A DNA stretch of 64,000 bases, taken from NCBI GenBank assembly GCA_964016885.1, contig OZ024741.1, forward strand, positions 210,738,001 through 210,802,000, in the 5' to 3' direction. Position numbers and translations under genes: made by a program. Below, one piece after another: positions 52,760-64,000 of the stretch. The notes below the pieces were generated by a model. It was not told the origin of the DNA. It was given only the letters and a program-made list of their open reading frames with translations, and did no database searches. Within the stretch, counting starts at the first letter, position 1; each line of letters opens with the position of its first letter. This DNA comes from Eledone cirrhosa. Lineage: Eukaryota.

Positions 52760-55700
52760 AGCCACAGTCCACCTATCTCAGCCACAGTCCACTGTCTCAG
52801 CCACAGTCCACCTATCTCAGCCACAGTCCACTGTCTCAGCCACAGTCCACCTATCTCGGCCACAGTACACTGTCTCAGCCTCAGTTCACCTATCTCAACC
52901 ACAGTCCACTGTCTCAGCCTCAGTTCACCTATCTCAGCCACAGTCCACTGTCTCAGCCACAGTCCACCTATCTCAGTCTCAGTCCACTGTCTCAGCCACA
53001 GTCCACCTATCTCAGCCACAGTCCACTGTCTCAGCCTCAGTTCACCTATCTCAACCACAGTCCACTGTCTCAGCCTCAGTTCACCTATCTCAGCCACAGT
53101 CCACCTATCTCAGTCTCAGTCCACTGTCTCAGCCACAGTCCACCTATCTCAGCCACAGTCCACTGTCTCAGCCTCAGTTCACCTATCTCAGCCACAGTCC
53201 ACCTATCTCAGTCTCAGTCCACTGTCTCAGCCACAGTCCACCTATCTCAGCCACAGTCCACTGTCTCAGCCTCAGTTCACCTATCTCAACCACAGTCCAC
53301 CTATCTCAGTCTCAGTCCACTGTCTCAGCCACAGTCCACCTATCTCAGCCACAGTCCACTGTCTCAGCCTCAGTTCACCTATCTCAACCACAGTCCACCT
53401 ATCTCAGTCTCAGTCCACTGTCTCAGCCACAGTCCACCTATCTCAACCACAGTCCACTGTCTCAGCCTCAGTTCACCTATCTCAGCCACAGTCCACCTAT
53501 CTCAGTCTAAGTCCACTGTCTCAGCCACAGTCCACCTATCTCAGCCACAGTCCACTGTCTCAGCCTCAGTTCACCTATCTCAACCACAGTCCACCTATCT
53601 CAGTCTCAGTCCACTGTCTCAGCCACAGTCCACTGTCTCAGCCACAGTCCACCTATCTCAGCCACAGTCCACTGTCTCAGCCTCAGCTCACCTATCTCAA
53701 CCACAGTCCACCTATCTCAGCCTCAGTCCACTGTCTCAGCCTCAGTTCACCTATCTCAGCCACAGTCAACTGTCTCAGCCACAGTCCACCTATCTCAGCC
53801 ACAGTCCACTGTCTCAGCCACAGTCCACCTATCTCAACCACAGTCCACTGTCTCAGCCACAGTCCACCTATCTAAGCCACAGTCCACTGTCTCAGCCTCA
53901 GTTCACCTATCTCAACCACAGTCCACCTATCTCAGTCTCAGTCCACTGTCTCAGCCACAGTCCACTGTCTCAGCCACAGTCCACCTATCTCAGCCACAGT
54001 CCACTGTCTCAGCCTCAGTTCACCTATCTCAACCACAGTCCACCTATCTCAGCCTCAGTCCACTGTCTCAGCCTCAGTTCACCTATCTCAGCCACAGTCC
54101 ACTGTCTCAGCCACAGTCCACCTATCTCAGCCACAGTCCACTGTCTCAGCCACAGTCCACCTATCTCAACCACAGTCCACTGTCTCAGCCACAGTCCACC
54201 TATCTCAGCCTCAGTCCACTGTCTCAGCCTCAGTCCACTGTCTCAGCCACAGTCCACTGTCTCAGCCTCAGTCCACTGTCTCAGCCACAGTCCACCTATC
54301 TCAGCCACAGTCCACTGTCTCAGCCACAGTCCACCTATCTCAGCCACAGTCCACTGTCTCAGCCTCAGTCCACCTATCTCAGCCAGAGTCCACTGTCTCA
54401 GCCTCAGTCCACTGTCTCAGCCACAGTCCGCCTATCTCAGCCACAGTCCACCTATCTCACCCTCAGTCCACTGTCTCAGCCACAGTCCACCTATCTCAGC
54501 CTCAGTCCACTGTCTCAGCCTCAGTCCACTGTCTCAGCCTCAGTCCACCTATCTCAACCTCAGTCCACTGTCTCAGCCTCAGTCCACTGTCTCAGCCTCA
54601 GTCCACCTATCTCAGCCACAGTCCACTGTCTCACCCTCAGTCCACCGTCTCAGCCACAGTCCACTGTCTCAGCCACAGTCCACTGTCTCAGCCACAGTCC
54701 ACTGTCTCAGCCACAGTCCACTGTCTCAGCCTCAGTCCACCTATTTCAGCCACAGTCCACTGTCTCAGCCACAGTCCACCTATCTCAGCCACAGTCCACT
54801 GTCTCAGCCACAGTCCACCTATCTCGGCCACAGTACACTGTCTCAGCCTCAGTTCACCTATCTCAACCACAGTCCACTGTCTCAGCCTCAGTTCACCTAT
54901 CTCAGCCACAGTCCACTGTCTCAGCCACAGTCCACCTATCTCAGTCTCAGTCCACTGTCTCAGCCACAGTCCACCTATCTCAGCCACAGTCCACTGTCTC
55001 AGCCTCAGTTCACCTATCTCAACCACAGTCCACTGTCTCAGCCTCAGTTCACCTATCTCAGCCACAGTCCACCTATCTCAGTCTCAGTCCACTGTCTCAG
55101 CCACAGTCCACCTATCTCAGCCACAGTCCACTGTCTCAGCCTCAGTTCACCTATCTCAGCCACAGTCCACCTATCTCAGTCTCAGTCCACTGTCTCAGCC
55201 ACAGTCCACCTATCTCAGCCACAGTCCACTGTCTCAGCCTCAGTTCACCTATCTCAACCACAGTCCACCTATCTCAGTCTCAGTCCACTGTCTCAGCCAC
55301 AGTCCACCTATCTCAGCCACAGTCCACTGTCTCAGCCTCAGTTCACCTATCTCAACCACAGTCCACCTATCTCAGTCTCAGTCCACTGTCTCAGCCACAG
55401 TCCACCTATCTCAACCACAGTCCACTGTCTCAGCCTCAGTTCACCTATCTCAGCCACAGTCCACCTATCTCAGTCTCAGTCCACTGTCTCAGCCACAGTC
55501 CACCTATCTCAGCCACAGTCCACTGTCTCAGCCTCAGTTCACCTATCTCAACCACAGTCCACCTATCTCAGTCTCAGTCCACTGTCTCAGCCACAGTCCA
55601 CTGTCTCAGCCACAGTCCACCTATCTCAGCCACAGTCCACTGTCTCAGCCTCAGTTCACCTATCTCAACCACAGTCCACCTATCTCAGCCTCAGTCCACT

Positions 55701-56395
55701 GTCTCAGCCTCAGTTCACCTATCTCAGCCACAGTCCACTGTCTCAGCCACAGTCCACCTATCTCAGCCACAGTCCACTGTCTCAGCCACAGTCCACCTAT
55801 CTCAACCACAGTCCACTGTCTCAGCCACAGTCCACCTATCTAAGCCACAGTCCACTGTCTCATCCTCAGTTCACCTATCTCAACCACAGTCCACCTATCT
55901 CAGTCTCAGTCCACTGTCTCAGCCACAGTCCACTGTCTCAGCCACAGTCCACCTATCTCAGCCACAGTCCACTGTCTCAGCCTCAGTTCACCTATCTCAA
56001 CCACAGTCCACCTATCTCAGCCTCAGTCCACTGTCTCAGCCTCAGTTCACCTATCTCAGCCACAGTCCACTGTCTCAGCCACAGTCCACCTATCTCAGCC
56101 ACAGTCCACTGTCTCAGCCACAGTCCACCTATCTCAACCACAGTCCACTGTCTCAGCCACAGTCCACCTATCTCAGCCTCAGTCCACTGTCTCAGCCTCA
56201 GTCCACTGTCTCAGCCACAGTCCACTGTCTCAGCCTCAGTCCACTGTCTCAGCCACAGTCCACCTATCTCAGCCACAGTCCACTGTCTCAGCCACAGTCC
56301 ACCTATCTCAGCCACAGTCCACTGTCTCAGCCTCAGTCCACCTATCTCAGCCAGAGTCCACTGTCTCAGCCTCAGTCCACTGTCTCAGCCACAGT
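52760..56395. repeat. 1968-bp tandem duplication; related copy ~4.1 kb upstream
   Basis: CTCGGCC at 48739/52855/54823 (4116, 1968) and CTATCTAAG at 49790/53868/55836. Confidence 0.82.
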
Positions 56396-57544
56396 CCACC
56401 TATCTCAGCCTCAGTCCACTGTCTCAGCCTCAGTCCACTGTCTCAGCCTCAGTCCACCTATCTCAACCTCAGTCCACTGTCTCAGCCTCAGTCCACTGTC
56501 TCAGCCTCAGTCCACCTATCTCAGCCACAGTCCACTGTCTCACCCTCAGTCCACCGTCTCAGCCACAGTCCACTGTCTCAGCCACAGTCCACTGTCTCAG
56601 CCACAGTCCACTGTCTCAGCCACAGTCCACTGTCTCAGCCTCAGTCCACCTATCTCAACCACAGTCCACTGTCTCAGCCTCAGTCCACTGTCTCAGCCAC
56701 AGTCCACCTATTTCAGCCACAGTCCACTGTCTCAGCCACAGTCCACCTATCTCAACCACAGTCCACTGTCTCAGCCTCAGTCCACTGTCTCAGCCACAGT
56801 CCACCTATTTCAGCCACAGTCCACTGTCTCAGCCACAGTCCACCTATCTCAACCACAGTCCACTGTCTCAGCCTCAGTCCACTGTCTCAGCCACAGTCCA
56901 CCTATCTCAGCCACAGTCCACTGTCTCAGCCTCAGTCCACTGTCTCAGCCACAGTCCACCTACCTCAGCCACAGTCCACTGTCTCAGCCTCAGTCCACTG
57001 TCTCAGCCACAGTCCACCTATCTCAGCCACAGTCGACTGTCTCAGCCACAGTCCACCTATCTCAGCCACAGTCCACTGTCTCAGCCACAGTCCACCTATC
57101 TCAACCACAGTCCAGTGTCTCAACCACAGTCCACTGTCTCAGCCTCAGTTCACCTATCTCAACCACAGTCCACTGTCTCAGCCTCAGTCCACTGTCTCAG
57201 CCACAGTCCACTGTCTCAGCCTCAGTCCACTGTCTCAGCCACAGTCCACCTATCTCAGCCACAGTCCACTGTCTCAGCCACAGTCCACTGTCTCAGCCTC
57301 AGTCCACTGTCTCAGCCACAGTCCACCTATCTCAGCCACAGTCCACCTATCTCAGCCTCAGTCCACTGTCTCAGCCTCAGTCCACTGTCTCAGCCACAGT
57401 CCACCTATCTCAGCCACAGTCCACTGTCTCAGCCTCAGTCCACCTATCTCAGCCACAGTCCACCTATCTCAGTCACAGTCCACTGTTTCAGCCACAGTCC
57501 ACTGTCTCAGCCACAGTCCACCTATCTCAGCCACAGTCCACTGT

Positions 57545-59075
57545 CTCAGCCACAGTCCACCTATCTCAACCACAGTCCACTGTCTCAACCACAGTCCACT
57601 GTCTCAGCCACAGTCCACTGTCTCAGCCTCAGTCCACCTATCTCAGCCACAGTCCAGCTATCTCAGCCACAGTCCACTGTCTCAGCCTCAGTCCACCTAT
57701 CTCAGCCACAGTCCACTGTCTCAGCCTCAGTCCACTGTCTCAGCCACAGTCCACCTATCTCAGCCACAGTCCACCTATCTCAGCCACAGTCCACTGTCTC
57801 AGCCTCAGTTCACTGTCTCAGCCACAGTCCACCTATCTCAGCCACAGTCCACTGTCTCAGCCACAGTCCACCTATCTCAGCCACAGTCCACTGACTCAGC
57901 CTCAGTCCACTGTCTCAGCCACAGTCCACCTATCTCAGCCACAGTCCACCTATCTCAACCACAGTCCACTGTCTCAGCCTCAGTTCACCTATCTCAACCA
58001 CAGTCCACTGTCTCAGCCTCAGTCCACTGTCTCAGCCACAGTCCACTGTCTCAGCCTCATTCCACTGTCTCAGCCTCAGTCCACCTATGTCAGCCACAGT
58101 CCACTGTCTCAGCCTCAGTCCACCTATCTCAGCCACAGACCACTGTCTCGGCCACAGTCCACCTATCTCAGCCACAGTCCACTGTCTCAGCCACAGTCCA
58201 CCTATCTCAACCACAGTCCACTGTCTCAGTCTCAGTCCACTGTCTCAGCCTCAGTCCACCTATCTCAGCCACAGTCCACTGTCTCAGCCTCAGTCCACTG
58301 TCTCAGCCACAGTCCACCTATCTCAACCACAGTCCACTGTCTCAACCACAGTCCACTGTCTCAGCCACAGTCCACTGTCTCAGCCTCAGTCCACCTATCT
58401 CAGCCACAGTCCACCTATCTCAGCCACAGTCCACTGTCTCAGCCTCAGTCCACCTATCTCAGCCACAGTCCACTGTCTCAGCCTCAGTCCACTGTCTCAG
58501 CCACAGTCCACCTATCTCAGCCACAGTCCACCTATCTCAGCCACAGTCCACTGTCTCAGCCTCAGTTCACTGTCTCAGCCACAGTCCACCTATCTCAGCC
58601 ACAGTCCACTGTCTCAGCCACAGTCCACCTATCTCAGCCACAGTCCACTGACTCAGCCTCAGTCCACTGTCTCAGCCACAGTCCACCTATCTCAGCCACA
58701 GTCCACCTATCTCAACCACAGTCCACTGTCTCAGCCTCAGTTCACCTATCTCAACCACAGTCCACTGTCTCAGCCTCAGTCCACTGTCTCAGCCACAGTC
58801 CACTGTCTCAGCCTCATTCCACTGTCTCAGCCTCAGTCCACCTATGTCAGCCACAGTCCACTGTCTCAGCCTCAGTCCACCTATCTCAGCCACAGACCAC
58901 TGTCTCGGCCACAGTCCACCTATCTCAGCCACAGTCCACTGTCTCAGCCACAGTCCACCTATCTCAACCACAGTCCACTGTCTCAGTCTCAGTCCACTGT
59001 CTCAGCCTCAGTCCACCTATCTCAGCCACAGTCCACTGTCTCAGCCTCAGTCCACTGTCTCAGCCACAGTCCACC
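57545..59075. repeat. 757-bp tandem duplication
   Basis: CTGACTCAG at 57891/58648, with CCTCATTCC, CTATGTCAG and AGACCACTGTCTCGG each present twice. Minus-strand ORFs at 58032/58789. Confidence 0.85.
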
Positions 59076-59399
59076 TATCTCAGCCACAGTCCACTGTCTC
59101 AGCCACAGTCCACCTATCTCAACCACAGTCCACTGTCTCAGCCTCAGTCCACTGTCTCAGCCTCAGTTCACCTATCTCAACCACAGTCCACTGTCTCAGC
59201 CTCAGTCCACTGTCTCAGCCACAGTCCACTGTCTCAGCCTCAGTCCACTGTCTCAGCCACAGTCCACCTATCTCAGCCACAGTCCACTGTCTCAGCCACA
59301 GTCCACCTATCTCAGCCACAGTCCACTGTCTCAGCCTCAATCCACCTATCTCAGCCACAGTCCACTGTCTCAGCCTCAGTCCACTGTCTCAGCCACAGT

Positions 59400-62300
59400 C
59401 CGCCTATCTCACCCTCAGTCCACTGTCTCAGCCACAGTCCACCTATCTCAGCCTCAGTCCACCGTCTCAGCCACAGTCCACTGTCTCAGCCACAGTCCAC
59501 TGTCTCAGCCACAGTCCACTGTCTCAGCCTCAGTTCACCTATCTCAACCACAGTCCACTGTCTCAGCCTCAGTTCACCTATCTCAACCACAGTCCACTGT
59601 CTCAGCCTCAGTCCAATGTCTCAGCCACAGTCCACTGTCTCAGCCTCAGTCCACTGTCTCAGCCACAGTCCACCTATCTCAGCCACAGTCCACTGTCTCA
59701 GCCACAGTCCACCTATCTCAGCCACAGTCCACTGTCTCAGCCTCAGTCCACCTATCTCAGCCACAGTCCACTGTCTCAGCCTCAGTCCACTGTCTCAGCC
59801 ACAGTCCACCTATCTCAGCCTCAGTCCACCGTCTCAGCCTCAGTCCACCTATCTCAGCCACAGTCCACTGTCTCAACCACAGTCCACTGTCTCAGCCTCA
59901 GTTCACCTATCTCAACCACAGTCCACTGTCTCAGCCTCAGTCCACTGTCTCAGCCACAGTCCACTGTCTCAGCCTCAGTCCACTGTCTCAGCCACAGTCC
60001 ACCTATCTCAGCCACAGTCCACTGTCTCAGCCACAGTCCACCTATCTCAGCCACAGTCCACTGTCTCAGCCACAGTCCACCTATCTCAACCACAGTCCAC
60101 TGTCTCAGCCTCAGTCCACCTATCTCAGCCACAGTCCACTGTCTCAGCCTCAGTCCACTGTCTCAGCCACAGTCCGCCTATCTCAGCCACAGTCCACCTA
60201 TCTCACCCTCAGTCCACTGTCTCAGCCACAGTCCACCTATCTCAGCCTCAGTCCACTGTCTCAGCCTCAGTCCACTGTCTCAGCCTCAGTCCACCTATCT
60301 CAGCCTCAGTCCACTGTCTCAGCCTCAGTCCACTGTCTCAGCCTCAGTCCACCTATCTCAGCCACAGTCCACTGTCTCACCCTCAGTCCACCGTCTCAGC
60401 CACAGTCCACTGTCTCAGCCACAGTCCACTGTCTCAGCCACAGTCCACTGTCTCAGCCACAGTCCACTGTCTCAGCCTCAGTTCACCTATCTCAACCACA
60501 GTCCACTGTCTCAGCCTCAGTTCACCTATCTCAACCACAGTCCACTGTCTCAGCCTCAGTCCACTGTCTCAGCCTCAGTTCACCTATCTCAACCACAGTC
60601 CACTGTCTCAGCCTCAGTCCACTGTCTCAGCCACAGTCCACTGTCTCAGCCACAGTCCACTGTCTCAGCCTCAGTCCACTGTCTCAGCCACAGTCCACTG
60701 TCTCAGTCTCAGTCCACTGTCTCAGCCTCAGTCCACCTATCTCAGCCACAGTCCACTGTCTCAACCACAGTCCACTGTCTCAGCCTCAGTTCACCTATCT
60801 CAACCACAGTCCACTGTCTCAGCCTCAGTCCACTGTCTCAGCCACAGTCCACTGTCTCAGCCTCAGTCCACTGTCTCAGCCACAGTCCACCTATCTCAGC
60901 CACAGTCCACTGTCTCAGCCACAGTCCACCTATCTCAGCCACAGTCCACTGTCTCAGCCACAGTCCACCTATCTCAACCACAGTCCACTGTCTCAGCCTC
61001 AGTTCACCTATCTCAGCCACAGTCCACTGTCTCAGCCACAGTCCACTGTCTCAGCCTCAGTCCACTGTCTCAGCCACAGTCCACTGTCTCAGTCTCAGTC
61101 CACTGTCTCAGCCTCAGTCCACCTATCTCAGCCACAGTCCACTGTCTCAACCACAGTCCACTGTCTCAGCCTCAGTTCACCTATCTCAACCACAGTCCAC
61201 TGTCTCAGCCTCAGTCCACTGTCTCAGCCACAGTCCACTGTCTCAGCCTCAGTCCACTGTCTCAGCCTCAGTCCACCTATCTCAGCCACAGTCCACTGTC
61301 TCAACCACAGTCCACTGTCTCAGCCTCAGTTCACCTATCTCAACCACAGTCCACTGTCTCAGCCTCAGTCCACTGTCTCAGCCACAGTCCACTGTCTCAG
61401 CCTCAGTCCACTGTCTCAGCCACAGTCCACCTATCTCAGCCACAGTCCACTGTCTCAGCCACAGTCCACCTATCTCAGCCACAGTCCACTGTCTCAGCCA
61501 CAGTCCACCTATCTCAACCACAGTCCACTGTCTCAGCCTCAGTCCACCTATCTCAGCCACAGTCCACTGTCTCAGCCTCAGTCCACTGTCTCAGCCACAG
61601 TCCGCCTATCTCAGCCACAGTCCACCTATCTCACCCTCAGTCCACTGTCTCAGCCACAGTCCACCTATCTCAGCCTCAGTCCACTGTCTCAGCCTCAGTC
61701 CACTGTCTCAGCCTCAGTCCACCTATCTCAGCCTCAGTCCACTGTCTCAGCCTCAGTCCACTGTCTCAGCCTCAGTCCACCTATCTCAGCCACAGTCCAC
61801 TGTCTCACCCTCAGTCCACCGTCTCAGCCACAGTCCACTGTCTCAGCCACAGTCCACTGTCTCAGCCACAGTCCACTGTCTCAGCCACAGTCCACTGTCT
61901 CAGCCTCAGTTCACCTATCTCAACCACAGTCCACTGTCTCAGCCTCAGTCCACTGTCTCAGCCTCAGTCCACCTAACTCAACCACAGTCCACTGTCTCAG
62001 CCTCAGTTCACCTATCTCAGCCACAGTCCACTGTCTCAGCCTCAGTCCACTGTCTCAGCCACAGTCCACTGTCTCAGCCTCAGTCCACTGTCTCAGCCTC
62101 AGTCCACCTATCTCAGCCACAGTCCACTGTCTCACCCTCAGTCCACCGTCTCAGCCACAGTCCACTGTCTCAGCCACAGTCCACTGTCTCAGCCACAGTC
62201 CACTGTCTCAGCCACAGTCCACTGTCTCAGCCTCAGTTCACCTATCTCAACCACAGTCCACTGTCTCAGCCTCAGTTCACCTATCTCAACCACAGTCCAC

Positions 62301-64000
62301 TGTCTCAGCCTCAGTCCACTGTCTCAGCCTCAGTTCACCTATCTCAACCACAGTCCACTGTCTCAGCCTCAGTCCACTGTCTCAGCCACAGTCCACTGTC
62401 TCAGCCACAGTCCACTGTCTCAGCCTCAGTCCACTGTCTCAGCCACAGTCCACTGTCTCAGTCTCAGTCCACTGTCTCAGCCTCAGTCCACCTATCTCAG
62501 CCACAGTCCACTGTCTCAACCACAGTCCACTGTCTCAGCCTCAGTTCACCTATCTCAACCACAGTCCACTGTCTCAGCCTCAGTCCACTGTCTCAGCCAC
62601 AGTCCACTGTCTCAGCCTCAGTCCACTGTCTCAGCCACAGTCCACCTATCTCAGCCACAGTCCACTGTCTCACCCTCAGTCCACCGTCTCAGCCACAGTC
62701 CACTGTCTCAGCCACAGTCCACTGTCTCAGCCACAGTCCACTGTCTCAGCCACAGTCCACTGTCTCAGCCTCAGTTCACCTATCTCAACCACAGTCCACT
62801 GTCTCAGCCTCAGTTCACCTATCTCAACCACAGTCCACTGTCTCAGCCTCAGTCCACTGTCTCAGCCTCAGTTCACCTATCTCAACCACAGTCCACTGTC
62901 TCAGCCTCAGTCCACTGTCTCAGCCACAGTCCACTGTCTCAGCCACAGTCCACTGTCTCAGCCTCAGTCCACTGTCTCAGCCACAGTCCACTGTCTCAGT
63001 CTCAGTCCACTGTCTCAGCCTCAGTCCACCTATCTCAGCCACAGTCCACTGTCTCAACCACAGTCCACTGTCTCAGCCTCAGTTCACCTATCTCAACCAC
63101 AGTCCACTGTCTCAGCCTCAGTCCACTGTCTCAGCCACAGTCCACTGTCTCAGCCTCAGTCCACTGTCTCAGCCACAGTCCACCTATCTCAGCCACAGTC
63201 CACTGTCTCAGCCACAGTCCACCTATCTCAGCCACAGTCCACTGTCTCAGCCACAGTCCACCTATCTCAACCACAGTCCACTGTCTCAGCCTCAGTCCAC
63301 CTATCTCAGCCACAGTCCACTGTCTCAGCCTCAGTCCACTGTCTCAGCCACAGTCCGCCTATCTCAGCCACAGTCCACCTATCTCACCCTCAGTCCACTG
63401 TCTCAGCCACAGTCCACCTATCTCAGCCTCAGTCCACTGTCTCAGCCTCAGTCCACTGTCTCAGCCTCAGTCCACCTATCTCAGCCTCAGTCCACTGTCT
63501 CAGCCTCAGTCCACTGTCTCAGCCTCAGTCCACCTATCTCAGCCACAGTCCACTGTCTCACCCTCAGTCCACCGTCTCAGCCACAGTCCACTGTCTCAGC
63601 CACAGTCCACTGTCTCAGCCACAGTCCACTGTCTCAGCCACAGTCCACTGTCTCAGCCTCAGTTCACCTATCTCAACCACAGTCCACTGTCTCAGCCTCA
63701 GTTCACCTATCTCAACCACAGTCCACTGTCTCAGCCTCAGTCCACTGTCTCAGCCTCAGTTCACCTATCTCAACCACAGTCCACTGTCTCAGCCTCAGTC
63801 CACTGTCTCAGCCACAGTCCACTGTCTCAGCCACAGTCCACTGTCTCAGCCTCAGTCCACTGTCTCAGCCACAGTCCACTGTCTCAGTCTCAGTCCACTG
63901 TCTCAGCCTCAGTCCACCTATCTCAGCCACAGTCCACTGTCTCAACCACAGTCCACTGTCTCAGCCTCAGTTCACCTATCTCAACCACAGTCCACTGTCT
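59400..64000. repeat. Low-diversity tail of domain B: an ~888-bp unit with partial (~540 and ~327 bp) re-duplications
   Basis: AGTCCGCCTAT at 60171/61599/63352 and CACCCTCAGTCCACCGT at 60378/61806/62133/62671/63559. The TCT slot is rare here. Confidence 0.75.

Larger units (their letters stand above)
1..64000. repeat. Tandem satellite / expanded minisatellite array of mixed 19-bp and 20-bp monomers, AGTCCAC(TGT|CTAT)CTCAG(CCA|CCT|TCT)C; runs to both window edges
   Basis: Seen directly: 1-20 is AGTCCACCTATCTCAGCCAC and 41-59 is AGTCCACTGTCTCAGCCAC. The same register continues to base 64000 with no non-repeat insert or inversion seen. 64000/~19.5 gives about 3,300 monomers. Confidence 0.99.
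42090..64000. repeat. Satellite subfamily domain B
   Basis: Dominated by CCTCAGTTCACCTATCTCAACCAC, CTCACCCTCAGTCCACCGT, CTATCTAAG and CTCGGCCACAGTACAC. The first B-type monomers are at 42090-42130. Confidence 0.9.

Noticed and set aside
947-61976. Long + strand ORFs (up to 5513 aa at 6363-22904) resembling mucin-like or serine-rich proteins
   Set aside because: They overlap in all three frames with the same peptide words and have no unique domain or signal peptide. Starts and stops come from rare point variants. Monomers of 19/20 bp and many block lengths (3113, 3080, 4141, 1708, 757) are not multiples of three.
43746-63313. Short minus-strand ORFs with 13-aa Trp/Leu repeats
   Set aside because: They arise only where 19- and 20-mers alternate (39 bp), keeping the TGA of CTGAG and the TAG of ATAG out of frame. 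Starts are GTG codons within the repeat.
1-64000. CRISPR array or other repeat-spacer system
   Set aside because: There are no unique spacers; variable slots are 3-4 bp with few alleles. No leader or cas genes are present.
1-64000. Telomeric repeat tract
   Set aside because: The strand skew is telomere-like, but there is no TTAGGG/TTAGG-type unit, and kb-scale variant patterns are copied by duplication rather than templated afresh. A subtelomeric satellite location is not excluded.
1-64000. Immunoglobulin switch region
   Set aside because: The minus strand has GGCTGAG, but the consensus lacks AGCT hotspots and GGGGT/GGGCT pentamers, and no constant-region exons are present.
1-64000. Chi site, human PRDM9 13-mer or CENP-B box
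   Set aside because: GCTGGTGG and CCNCCNTNNCCNC do not match the consensus. The CENP-B box needs two CpGs that the monomer lacks.
1-64000. Monomer order as functional encoded information or a synthetic construct
   Set aside because: The order is adequately explained by nested duplications plus point mutation, and nothing in the window suggests a reader or a design.

Overview
The whole 64-kb window is one uninterrupted tandem satellite/expanded-minisatellite array of about 3,300 head-to-tail monomers. It has no unique flanking sequence, credible gene, RNA gene, transposon or CRISPR array. The monomer is AGTCCAC-[TGT or CTAT]-CTCAG-[CCA, CCT or TCT]-C (19 or 20 bp, about 55-58% GC, no CpG in the consensus, C-rich on +). 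It looks built from degenerate hexamers (TCTCAG|CCACAG|TCCACTG or TCCACCTA). Two variable slots plus rare point variants form a readable barcode that shows nested higher-order structure: 98-bp pentamers, 136-888-bp local duplications, 1.5-6.4-kb blocks and a ~24.5-kb long-range copy. There is also an abrupt switch between two variant subfamilies at about 42,090. All ORFs are best explained as by-products: the consensus + strand has no stop codon in any frame. The organism cannot be identified from the sequence; a eukaryotic genome is likely (inference). I found no support for a novel gene system; the interest is in the array's architecture and origin. Coordinates were read by eye from marker variants, so block edges are approximate.
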